A stretch of DNA of 64,000 nucleotides from Tortispora ganteri (taxonomy: Eukaryota): assembly GCA_003707115.1 (NCBI GenBank), contig PPNB01000002.1, positions 124,001 through 188,000 on the forward strand. Direction: 5' to 3'. Position 1 is the first letter of the stretch, and the number at the start of each line of letters is the position of its first letter. This document shows, piece after piece, positions 22,001 to 33,213 of the stretch. Both the position numbers and the translations under genes were made by a program. The notes under the pieces were generated by a model, which was not told the DNA's origin, did not search any database, and was given only the letters and a program-made list of their open reading frames with translations.

Positions 22001-25000
22001 TATGTCAATCATGCTATAATGGATGCTCATTCTTTTAGCGTGATTTTACAAGACTTTAGTCTACTTGATCAAGGACTGATTGAGAAAAAGTACGATATTG
22101 GACACGGAGCTATATACTTTTCTGAGAATTTTGACCGGCAAGTTGATTCTGCAGATGCTTACGAATGGTGGAAAGAGTATTTGAATCCTAATAGCTTTAC
22201 TGTTTTTCCAACTCTTACCCCCACTTTCAAGCAGAATGGATTTAATCAGGTTTCAGGGAATTTGGATATTCATGTGTCTATGCTCTCAAGTGTTTCTTCT
22301 GGTATACCGGCTAGTGCTATTCTAGCCACATCATGGGCATTGACTCTCGGTCATTTACTTGGAACAGACCTGGTCTGTTTTGGATTCTTGCAGAATTTTC
22401 GAAGTTCTGCAGTGGTATTAGACAACTGTGAGTTACCTTGCTTCAAGGTTCTTCCTTTTGTTTTGTCGCTAGAAGGACAAAATAAGGAAATTCTCCAGCG
22501 AGCGAGTGACAATCTCTCTTCACTAGCTGATCATGGCAGGGACTCCCTTTCACACGTGTTAAAGCATATTGGATTGGGTTCTGAGGTTCTTTTTGACACA
22601 CTTCTAACTATACAAATAGACGAGCTACTCGGTCAAGATAATGCTACAGTCCAAAGCAGTTTCCGATGTCACTCCTCCGGTAGTCGTGACAAATTTCCTA
22701 TCTCTATTGAGCTCTATCTGCGTTCGAGTGGCTCTATGAAATGCAATATATTTTTTAATATGGAGAAACTTTCGGAGGATAACGCCAATGTTATCATGAG
22801 CATATTCGAGAATATCGTGAAGCATATTGTCGCTAAGCCAAACGAGTTAGGACTTACTGTTTTTCCTGAACTTTCTCTTTCGATAGTTCCACCACAAATA
22901 AAAATGTATGATACATCTTGTACGTATCTCCCTGGATTGCTTCTTGACAGTTTTACAACTAAAAGGAAAGAAGTGGCACTTGAGATGGTGTACGACTTTT
23001 CTGAGAAGAGCGTGGCTATGGAGTATTGGACTTATAGTCAGTTGTACCTTGAGTCATTAAAAGTTGCAAACTTTCTGGTCTCCCTTGGACTCCCTAGAAA
23101 TAGTCCTATTGCTCTTTGCTTTGAAAAATGTCCTTATGCGTCATTTGCTATGGTTGGTGTTTTGTTGGCAGGACATGCTATTGTTCAACTGGATGCTAAA
23201 GCCCCAGATGAGAGGAAAAAGTACATAATTAGCGACGTTGGTTGTAACTTATTGCTAACATGTACTAACCTTTACGAAAATTTGAGCAATTTAGACGTCT
23301 CCGTGGTAAACATTGAAGCAGATCAAAATGTACTTCGAAGCTCCACTACAATTCCTACTGTTAATGCAAGACTTAACGATATCTGCTACATTCTTTATAC
23401 GTCTGGATCTACAGGGAACCCTAAAGGATGTATTATATCTAACGAAAATGCTATTCAAGGGCTGCTGGCATTTGAGGATCAGTTTAAATCTCGCACTAAT
23501 TCCGAATCGCGACTTCTAGCATTTGCTTCTTACCATTTTGACGTCAGTATTCTTGAACACTTTTGGTCTTGGATGACGGGTATTGTACTAGTTACCTGTT
23601 CGCATGATTTAATTTTAAGAGATTTGTCAGAGACCTTAAAGACTTTAAGAATTAGTCATGTTGATCTGACACCTTCATTGGCGTCTACATTAAGCCCTGT
23701 AGGGCTCAGAAACCTACAAAATGGAATATTCATTACTGGAGGTGAGATGTTAAAACGTGAAATTCTTGAAAATTGGGGCTCTTTTGGCTGCATATACAAC
23801 GCATATGGACCTACTGAGGCTACAATTGGTGTAACTGTCAGAAAACATGTGTCATGCGGAGCTAATCCAAATAATGTGGGTCATCCATTTGCTAATGTTG
23901 GCCTTCTGATACTCAAGCCTGGTACAACTGATATAGTCCCTCGGATGGCTGTTGGTGAAGTGTGTCTATTTGGCCCTCTTGTTGGTCAAGGTTACGTTAA
24001 TCGCCTTTCGGAAACAAAAAAATCCTTTGTGCAACTAGATCTGGCAGACTCTACAGTGTATCGTACTGGTGATATTGGAAGGATACTTGCTGATAACTCT
24101 TTGTGCATAATTGGTCGTATAGACTCTCAAATCAAATTAAGAGGCCAACGATTGGAGGCATCAGAAGTGGAAAGTGTTATCAAATCCTCACGGAATGATA
24201 TAACAGATGTATGCGTACAAACTGTGCGCAAAGGTTTGTCTGACCAGTTAGTGGCGTATATTGTTCTTGGCACTGCTAGTTCTAGCGATCCAGAGATATT
24301 AAGCATGAATCAAGAACTTACATTTATTGCTGATTATGTTAAAGATGTTTGCTCGAAAGCTCTGCCACCCTACATGATTCCGTCCTATGTTGTATTTTTG
24401 ACACGTTTGCCCATTACACGAAACAACAAGACCGACAAAAAGCTTCTCAATGAGATGTTTCTTTCATTAAACAGCTCTTTTTTTAATAAATCAGAGAGCA
24501 TGTCTAGTGCTCACGATTCATTTACGTTGACCGATACTGAGGCTAAAATTCTTGAATGTTCAAGTTCTCTGCTTGATATTTCTACTGAATCGATTAGTTC
24601 ACGTACAGTATCTTTGTTCGAACTCGGTTTAGACTCTATACTGGCAATCTCTCTAGCTAACAGATTAAAACCACATTTCAAAAATGCGTCTGTTCCTGTT
24701 ATAATGTCCAATCCGAGACTTTGTGATCTATCTGCAGCATTAACCTCAGACATTGGTTTCAACGAATTGGAGAATATTGACATTGAAGTTACAGATTCTG
24801 ATATAGAACTAAACAATGATTTTACGGTGGACTATATAATGCGGTGCTCAGCTGTACAGGAAAACATTCTGGCACACTACTTTATATCAGACTCATCTGG
24901 TTACAATACACTATTTGAGTATTCTTTGCATGAATCTATTGACCTTGAGAAGCTAAATCGAGTCTTTTCTATTCTAGCTAAACGGTGTGAGATCCTAAGA

Positions 25001-28000
25001 TCAGGGTTTACTGTAACTTCAACTGGTCCCGTTCGAGTGGTGTACAAGGATTACAGTCCTTCAGTGTGGTTGGTAAATTCTTCTCAAGGCGAGGTTAATC
25101 AGTTTCAAGGTTTCTCAAATCTTGAGCTCCCTCCTTATAGAATTGAAGTTGTTCAATATTTGGAATCAGAAAAGATTTTAAGAATTTACTTATTTCATGC
25201 ACTATTTGATGCAGGCACTGTGCAACTTCTAGAGCAACGCATATGTGGTTTGTACCATGATCTCAATTACGATTTCCAAGACACTTATCAAACTGCATTG
25301 AAATCTGCTTTGAGCTATAATACTCATGCGTCAAAGAAATTTTGGTCATCTTGTTTAGCTGAAACCCCGTTACTAAATTTCAAGAACTTTGCCGCTGCAG
25401 GTGATAATTCGGAGTTTCTGACTAGTACAGTGGATATCAATATCAATTCACTGCGTAAAAAAGCCAGAGATTTCTCGACTACATCTAACATTATGCTCCA
25501 TGCAATTTGGACGTTATATTTAGGAATTCTGTGCAATGGTAGTATGGTATCGTATGGAACCATATTTTCCGGAAGACATGGTGAGAGAGTATTTGACGCT
25601 GAAGAAGCTTGTGGACCTTTGTTTAATATTTTACCAATGTCTATAGGTTCTTTAGATGGTGCATCTTTGGCTTCTTTATGTTCAAAGATTCACAATTATA
25701 TGAGTTCATGCTATCCATTTTATGCTACCAAACCTGCAGATATAAAGAGATGGATTGGAATTGATATGAATATCAGACTTTTTGATATTTTATTCACTGT
25801 TATTCCAGATTATAAGGTGCCCGATGATTTTAGTATCTGGAACTCACGCCGATCAGTTTCGTTTTCGTCAACGTTCCCTCTTGCAATAGAGATTTGTATA
25901 GGAGAGGTCTTAGAGGTTACAATCTCTATAAACAGCTCTCTATGCGACAAAAAAATTGGTATTATTATATTGGAGGATTTCACTGCTCTTTTAAAGCAAA
26001 TAATTCTATGTGAATCTATTAAACCGCTCGATGTGTCACTGCCTAATAGTAAAGGTTTACTCTCTCCTTTACTAACTATCCATAATAACACACACCAAAC
26101 AAATACTGAAAACTACCTGGAAAAGAATGAAGCACAATTGTCTATGACTTTATCTCCTTCATTGATCAAGATTATCAAAGCTATTGCTGATTGTCCTGAA
26201 ACTATTGGGCCTGCTACAACACTAATCAGCCTTGGCTTTGATTCTTTGTCCCTAGTCACTCTCTGCGCCCGAATCAGACGTACTCTCAGTATAAATATTC
26301 CTTTGAAAGAAGCTTTGTCATTCAAAGTGCTTGCCCATTTTCAGCAGTACTTGAACACACACTATGATTCCGGTTCAGTGCCTGGTGAAACCTTGGCGAA
26401 GAGGATTTCCTCGCTCGACAAGATACCATGCACGCCTATGCAGGCCTTTATGGTGTCAGAGATGCAAAAATCTCTCAATCACAATTATGTTACGCATGTC
26501 ACTTTTTCTATAAAGAGAAATATCGATATAGGGCTCCTGGAAAACTCATGGAGGACGGTTATTAATACTAATTCCATTTTGCGAACCTCTGTATCTGAAT
26601 TTGGTTATGATGATTTAGATATTTACAGTTCAGGTTACTACCTTAAAGTCGGTGCTCAGTTTGGTGAGAATAGTCCTATATTTAGGCGAATTTACTGTTC
26701 TGCAGATAACATTGAGTGGTTCAGGTCGAGCCTTATCGAATCTGAAAGCATAGTATTCCATGATGACGCACCTTTGTTAACTTTATGGCTTCTTGATACT
26801 GGGGATAGCTACCATCTTCATTTAAGAATGTCTCATGTAATATATGATGCTATTTCATGGAACTTAATGTTCTCTGACGTTGAAAAGTGCTACTATAATA
26901 CATGTGAAACCTACAAGTCACCTGATTTTTCGCCCCTTCTTGCACGAATACTAATTGAAAATGCATCTACTGATATTAATGAAGGATTAGACCTATTTGC
27001 AAACGCTCATGTTATCTCATTTCCGAAACTTGCCGAAATAGATCGAATTCCTCTTGCTGGTCATTATAAGGTCAGCATGGTTTCCAATGTCTCTTCAACG
27101 TCTCTGAAGAACTTTGCACGAGTATCTGATGTTTCGATTCAAGTTATTGCTTATTGCTGCTGGTCAGTGGTGCTGAAATCAATCTGTTGTGATTATAAAG
27201 ATCAGTTTTCGCCGATCTTTATGACAGTATTAGCCAATCGAACCACTGAAGAGGAAATGAATATGATGTTTCCGGCTATGAAATCATCAGTTCTTTATGG
27301 AGAAACTGGTGGTACAGTCAAAAGTATGCTCTGCTTTATGCAAAATCTAGTAGATGTCACAAGGCAGGGCAATATCGATATCCGGGAGATTATGAAGAAA
27401 TATACCACTGATAATTCGGCTGAAGTTGATACTCTGTTTTTATACCAGGCTCCTATATCTGTGAAACAAGCTGAAAGTAGTCTTTGGACAGAATCATTTA
27501 GCAATTCTGAAGTGCAGTACGCTGTTGCTGCTGAAATGCAGATAGTTGGTAATCAGATCATGTGGAGAGCAGCTGCGAATGCACTGTATTTAACTGAAAC
27601 TGACTTGAATATTCTGGTCAGGCAGCTTGATGCTGTTTTGCATAATATTATATCAATAGACAATGACCTTGGTGTTGACTCTCTAACTGACTATGATACT
27701 TCACTGCTATCTATTTTCAATCCAATAAAAAGTGATCAAGATCAAAATTTTATTATAGATTTTGACGCTATGAATGAGCACAGAAATGAGACAGCTTGTT
27801 TGGAAGTATCAAATGCGATTGGCTGTGAAGATCTACATTCATTTGGTGATATTCTGCAAGATGTGGATTTAATCAGCAAAAACATAAACATTGCTATGTC
27901 TAATAAACACGTGAACCAAATTATAATTATTTGCTCAAGTGTTTATCGCCAATGTATTCTTTCTCTTGCTTTATTACAGAGCAATATCGAGAATATATTC

Positions 28001-30700
28001 ATTGCTGACGAGAAATGTGACTTTTCTGTCATTGAAAGTTTAGACGACTCTTGTCTGTTTGTGACAGACTCATTAGAAGTTTGTGAATTACTGAATGAAC
28101 GTGTTCTGAATTATACTAGTTTATTGCATGAGAATGAATATGCAATCCCTGCCCCGCAGTTGCGCAACTTGAATCAAAAATTCTATATTGCACCCCTAGG
28201 CCATGATTTTTCTCAGATTAATCCTGTATTAAGCAGTGATTTGATAGCTACAATCAAAGAGTTACGCTCATCTCTCAGCGAGATTAATGTTAAAGTGGGA
28301 TTGCCTTTTGAATTAAGAATACTTATGACTTTGGCCATGTGGAGTATAGGCATGAAGGTGATTCACACTTCTTGGAAATTTGATGCACGAATATTGAATG
28401 AACTAATCGTGGAATACGATGTTAAGGCTTTATCTTGTTCATCTGAAGTATCAGCGTGTCTGAAATTTGCCAATATACAACAATTGAACTTTCTTATCTG
28501 CGACAATAAAGTGCCATATTCATGGCAATTGTATCGATTACCCGCAAATGAGCGCCATTCTTTTTGGCTTTGTCATAGTTTGAATCAGTGGCCGACGCTA
28601 TTTGGTAATATCGCATTGGAACAATGCAACTGGGTTTATTTGAATTCTGTTTTGCCGAAACCATATAGCATAAGGTCGTCTGATGGGCCTAGTGAAATGA
28701 TTATGCCGATGTTTACTGAAGGAAAGTTTTATTACAACTCTCTTCCTTTAGATTGGAATCTTAGAATGACTAGTAAGAGTTTAGTAGCTCGACCTGAAGA
28801 ATCTGCGGAAAGTTCGATTCAGGCTATGCTTCTTAGTTCATTGTCAGACCTTGACTCGATGTGTTGTTTGATCAATGAGCAGTGTGATGAATTGTTTATA
28901 TATTTTACTTTGAAAAACCATAAGGATGACTTGGATGAAGTAATTCATGCTATGAATGAAGTACTTATAAGAATTTCTGAATTGGTTTTGAAACGTGTTC
29001 CGAAGAAAGTGACTTATTCTTTCGTTGATTTTATAAGGCCGTTAACTGGAGGCTATGAGTTTGATTATATAAGCAATAATTTTGGAAGCCGAGAAGTATT
29101 TCTTGATGATTTGGTTTGCTCTTTTGATAAATCTGAACGGAAATACTGGGATTCAAAGCTAAAGTCATTAATAGCTGCCGTGATTCCTGAATTTCGCTTG
29201 ACAGACATGACCGATAACATTAGTGTATTTGATCTAGGACTTGATTCTATACGAATTCTCAGAATTGCGTCCAAATTGACTGACGATGAATGCCCAATAT
29301 CCGCCAGCGAATTGATAGGTTGCAGATATGTTACCAAAATGGTATCTCTAGCACATTCCAGATACTTACAGAAACCTGGATTGTCTCACACAATCATTCC
29401 TGCTGCTGAAAGTGCATTTGCACAACTTGCTACCAGTTGTAATATAAGTGAGTTTTGCTCGCACGTCCTGCCACTATATGCTGGGCAAGTATACACTCTT
29501 TCTTGCTGGGAATGGAGCAATCACGAAGTTTTCCTCTACAAATTTGAGTATTTCATAAAGAATATAACTCCATCGGCGCTAGAACGAGCATGGTATGAGC
29601 TTGTTAATTGTCGAGCTATTCTGCGCACACTGATCTGCAATAGCTTATCTGTGCGAAATCCAGTTGTGCAAGGAGTGCTAAAGCAAGGTCAATATGTAAA
29701 AGGGAAACCGAATTTGAAGAATCCATTCTGTGAGTTTGAAATCATTAGAAGTGACAACAATGGAACCACATTTAGCATTATTCTTCATCATGCGCTATAC
29801 GATGCATGGTCACTTCATAGCTTACTGACTGACCTTGAGAAGTTATGCAATAACGAGTCTGTCAAAGACGATATTGATACAACTCTTGTGCTTGCTTCTC
29901 AACGCATGTTTCGAGATAGTAAATCAAGGCTATTCTGGAAAAACTATTTGAGTGGGACGTGTGCAATTAGCTTTGAATGTTCCAAAGGTTCCCCTATGAC
30001 TAGAGTAGGTCTTTTCAAAGAGCTTGGAATACCCAGGTTGCGTCAGATCGAAAAACTGGTACAGGAAAAACGCGTTTCGGTCCAGGCCTATATCATGGTA
30101 TGTATAGGAAGAGTTCTGTTGCATTATTCTTCATCATTTGAGCCGCAACTATCAGCTGATAATATTATCATTGGACTGTATTACTCTGGACGGTTTGGAC
30201 AAACGGTCAATAATGTGGATGCATCAGGCATCCCCACTATGAACGTTCTACCGTTGGTCGTGCAAACGAAAAACAATGTGTTTAATGCTAGTTCCTCAAT
30301 TGATGACTTCTTAGCAGAAATATCTGGGAAGGAGTTTTTCGATATACAAGAGTTAAAAGAATGTGCAAACATTACTGGGCCTATGATCTGTGTGACTGTC
30401 AATTTCCTTCCGGAGACGCTAGGAAGCCCACACTCATCTGTCAAACATTTACGTACTGAAGTGCACAAACTGAATTATATTAACGGGAATGATTCTGCTA
30501 TTGGTGAAGTCGCGCACTTAGAAGACTTAACGGCTAACGATGCAGTAAGGATGGATCTCGATATTGAAATTAAGATAGATCGCGATCAAGATGGGCTCGC
30601 TGTTGGCCTTTTCAGCTGGGAAGAAGTTTGCAACAAACAGGAATTGGAAATATTAACGGAGAAGATTAACGAAGAGGTCTTTAAGGAACTACATACTTAA
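16039..30700 (+). CDS. Ferrichrome-type siderophore NRPS (SidC/Sib1/NPS2 family), ~4870 aa; exons 16039-16050 and 16100-30700
   Basis: Two A domains (YTSGSTGDPKG, YTSGSTGNPKG; YGPTE; YRTGD), six T motifs (GIDS, GFSS, GIDS, GLDS, GFDS, GLDS) and six C motifs (xHxxxD). Ends in a C domain with no TE. Lies divergent to the ornithine monooxygenase. Confidence 0.93.
16051..16099 (+). other. Spliceosomal intron (49 nt, phase 0) in the NRPS 5' end
   Basis: GTAAGT donor at 16051, GCTAAC branch at 16086-16091, AAG acceptor at 16097-16099. Splicing joins ATG TCT TCT AAC in frame to the long ORF. Confidence 0.85.
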
Positions 30701-30830
30701 AAACTGAATATATACTGGATCAATGATTTAGGCCTGCTTTCATTTTAGCTTTGTATTTAAAGTTCACGTCCCCGAAACCCGCACCCACTTCCTCCCGGCT
30801 TTTTTAACTGTTCAACAACGCATCGCAAAT

Positions 30831-31856
30831 ATGAGCGCTTTTTTAACCAGCTTTTCGCAACTAGCTGAAACAAATATTTGGCTCACAGTGTGTGCGTCAG
30901 TTGGAATTATTGTCTTAACGCGCGTTCTGTTGACGTTTGTGTCGTTCTTCCAAGACTTTCTCACACCTGGCACCAGCCTAGTAAAGTATGGCGCTGGTAA
31001 AGGTTACTGGGCCGTAATCACTGGATGCACGAGTGGTATAGGTGAAGAATTTGCACTTCAATTGGCTAAAGCGAAATTTAATGTACTTTTGATCTCGCGT
31101 TCTGAATCAAAACTGCAAAGCATGGCGGCCCTTATCGACTCTGAGGTCTCGGTAGAGACTGGGTATCTTCCAATTGACTTTAACAACGCGTCCGAAGACG
31201 ATTGGGAAACGCTCAAACAAAGAATTACCGAACTAGATGTTGCGGTCTTGATAAATAACGTCGGAGTATCACACAGCATTCCAGTACCGTTCTTAGAGAC
31301 TTCAATTGAGGAGATGGAAAGCATAATTAATGTTAACAATACTAACACATTAAGAATCACCCAAATTGTCGCGGAAAGAATGCTCTCTTTGAAGACCAAA
31401 GGCGTTCGTGGACTCATTTTGACAATGGGATCATTTGCCGGCTTGTATCCTACACCGTTACTTGCAACTTATTCCGGTTCTAAAGCATTTTTGCAGAACT
31501 GGTCATCTGCCCTCGCTTATGAGCTCCAACCGTACAATATCGATGTCCAGTTGGAAGTCTCATACCTTGTTACTTCTGCTATGTCGAAAATTCGACGTCC
31601 TTCTCTCAGTATTCCTAACCCTAACACCTTCGTTCGTGCTACGTTGAGCAGTCTTGGACGGCGTCGTGGCGCCGTCGGTAGATGGTGCTCTTCTACTCCC
31701 TATTGGGCGCATGCGGTCATGGAATTAGCTATTGAACAGCTATTTAGCGCGTACAGCTGGGTTGTAATTAGCATTAATGGACGTCTACATGAAGATATTC
31801 GAAAGCGTGCCCTTAAAAAGCGTGCACAAAAGCAGGCTGCCTCTAAATCGGAATGA
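30831..31856 (+). CDS. IFA38: Very-long-chain 3-oxoacyl-CoA reductase (SDR)
   Basis: WAVITGCTSGIGEEFA, LINNVG.SHSIP, PTPLLATYSGSK, H.DIRKRALKK. Confidence 0.93.
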   Translation: MSAFLTSFSQLAETNIWLTVCASVGIIVLTRVLLTFVSFFQDFLTPGTSLVKYGAGKGYWAVITGCTSGIGEEFALQLAKAKFNVLLISRSESKLQSMAALIDSEVSVETGYLPIDFNNASEDDWETLKQRITELDVAVLINNVGVSHSIPVPFLETSIEEMESIINVNNTNTLRITQIVAERMLSLKTKGVRGLILTMGSFAGLYPTPLLATYSGSKAFLQNWSSALAYELQPYNIDVQLEVSYLVTSAMSKIRRPSLSIPNPNTFVRATLSSLGRRRGAVGRWCSSTPYWAHAVMELAIEQLFSAYSWVVISINGRLHEDIRKRALKKRAQKQAASKSE

Positions 31857-31971
31857 CGAGAAATAGTACAAGTCAGTCCTGCAATGAAAAGAAAGAGTAA
31901 TACTGCTACCGAACAAAAATATATCATAATTAATCCTCCTTATGCGCGAACATTCCTCCATGATTATGTGT

Positions 31972-32784
31972 CTAAAACTCCAAAGCCCAACCGTTTTCTT
32001 CGCAAAACTTCTCTGCAGCCTGTCTCAACGCGATGTTCGGCACTATGTCATTAACTGTAGCGTTTTGTCGAGTCATGGGATCCTTGCCGTATTGTCTCAA
32101 GACATCTATAATTGCCGAACGTTCATAAGAATGACCTGATTTGGTGCAGATTACGGGATCATGAAATATCGTAAATGTAATTGGACAAACTAAGTAGCCA
32201 GGTACTTCCTGTCGATAAGAAATATCGCTCTGTTGTGCAGATTCAAATATTTTTATCAACTTAGCTCTTTTATCCACATATTGTTCATGAATTTCATTTT
32301 CTCGCAACCTGTCTGCGTCGACTTCGGCCTGCTCCTGGTGGCGCAATGTATCCAACAGATGTTTGAGCAGTTCGTTTTGATCGGCAGCACGACGAGCTTC
32401 CAGGTTCTTCCATCTTCTTTGCTTACATTGTAGAATTGTTTCAAAAATTAAATTTAGCGAATTCGAATTCTGTTTCAGGCCCAAACTGTACGCTTTCTCG
32501 CAATCGGCCAATGCCTCGTTCGGTCGACCAAGTGCCAGCAACGCTTGGCCTTTCAAATAATACGCCTTCAACGAGCTTCTATTGATATTCAACGCCATTT
32601 CGCAATCCAAAAGCACATCTTCGTACTTACTTAGCTTCAAATGGCACATCGCTCTATTTGTGTACAGCGTAGAATCACGAATATCCTGAAGCAGTGCTGC
32701 ATTGTACATCTTTATTGCACCCTCATAATCCCCATTCTTGTACAGATTATTTCCGCTTTCTTTCAGCCCCTCAGCTGACCCCAT
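31972..32784 (-). CDS. TPR/U-box E3 ligase CHIP/STUB1-like
   Basis: Three N-terminal TPRs (LKESGN..Y, YTNRAMC, KAYYLKG) and a C-terminal U-box (VPGYLVCPIT..IFHDPV..SGHSYER..DPMTR..VPNIALR). Confidence 0.9.
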   Translation of the reverse strand: MGSAEGLKESGNNLYKNGDYEGAIKMYNAALLQDIRDSTLYTNRAMCHLKLSKYEDVLLDCEMALNINRSSLKAYYLKGQALLALGRPNEALADCEKAYSLGLKQNSNSLNLIFETILQCKQRRWKNLEARRAADQNELLKHLLDTLRHQEQAEVDADRLRENEIHEQYVDKRAKLIKIFESAQQSDISYRQEVPGYLVCPITFTIFHDPVICTKSGHSYERSAIIDVLRQYGKDPMTRQNATVNDIVPNIALRQAAEKFCEENGWALEF

Positions 32785-33213
32785 AGTTGATATTGTAGCT
32801 GATATCTATTACGCAAAATGTAACAACAATAGTGTTAACACTAAGCCTTCCTCAACTATTCGTTGTATTCTTACGCTCCTTTACAGAACTGATTCGAAAT
32901 AGAATCGAATGGAAACTGTCCCTTAAACCTAATCATTTATTATCCCACTTTAGGAAACGGTACATCTCAATTTGAACCTTAACAGCCGCATGTTTTATGG
33001 TAACAAAAAAAATCCGTTGCTGTGGGAATTTTACTACACCGGTTTTTGTTTGTGTTCGTCGAATTAGCAGACCGACAGACAAGCTAAGAAGACCGACTTT
33101 ATATTCTCTTTTCGACAAGTACTCCGGCCTCTTTCTTCTCCCCGTATTTTTTACGATTTCTGATTCTTTTGTTTGGGTACTGCTTTCTTTGACTCTGGGC
33201 ATTTCTACCGCGA

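Noticed and set aside
30831..31856. SDR as a tailoring enzyme next to the NRPS
   Set aside because: It is clearly the housekeeping elongase reductase Ifa38.
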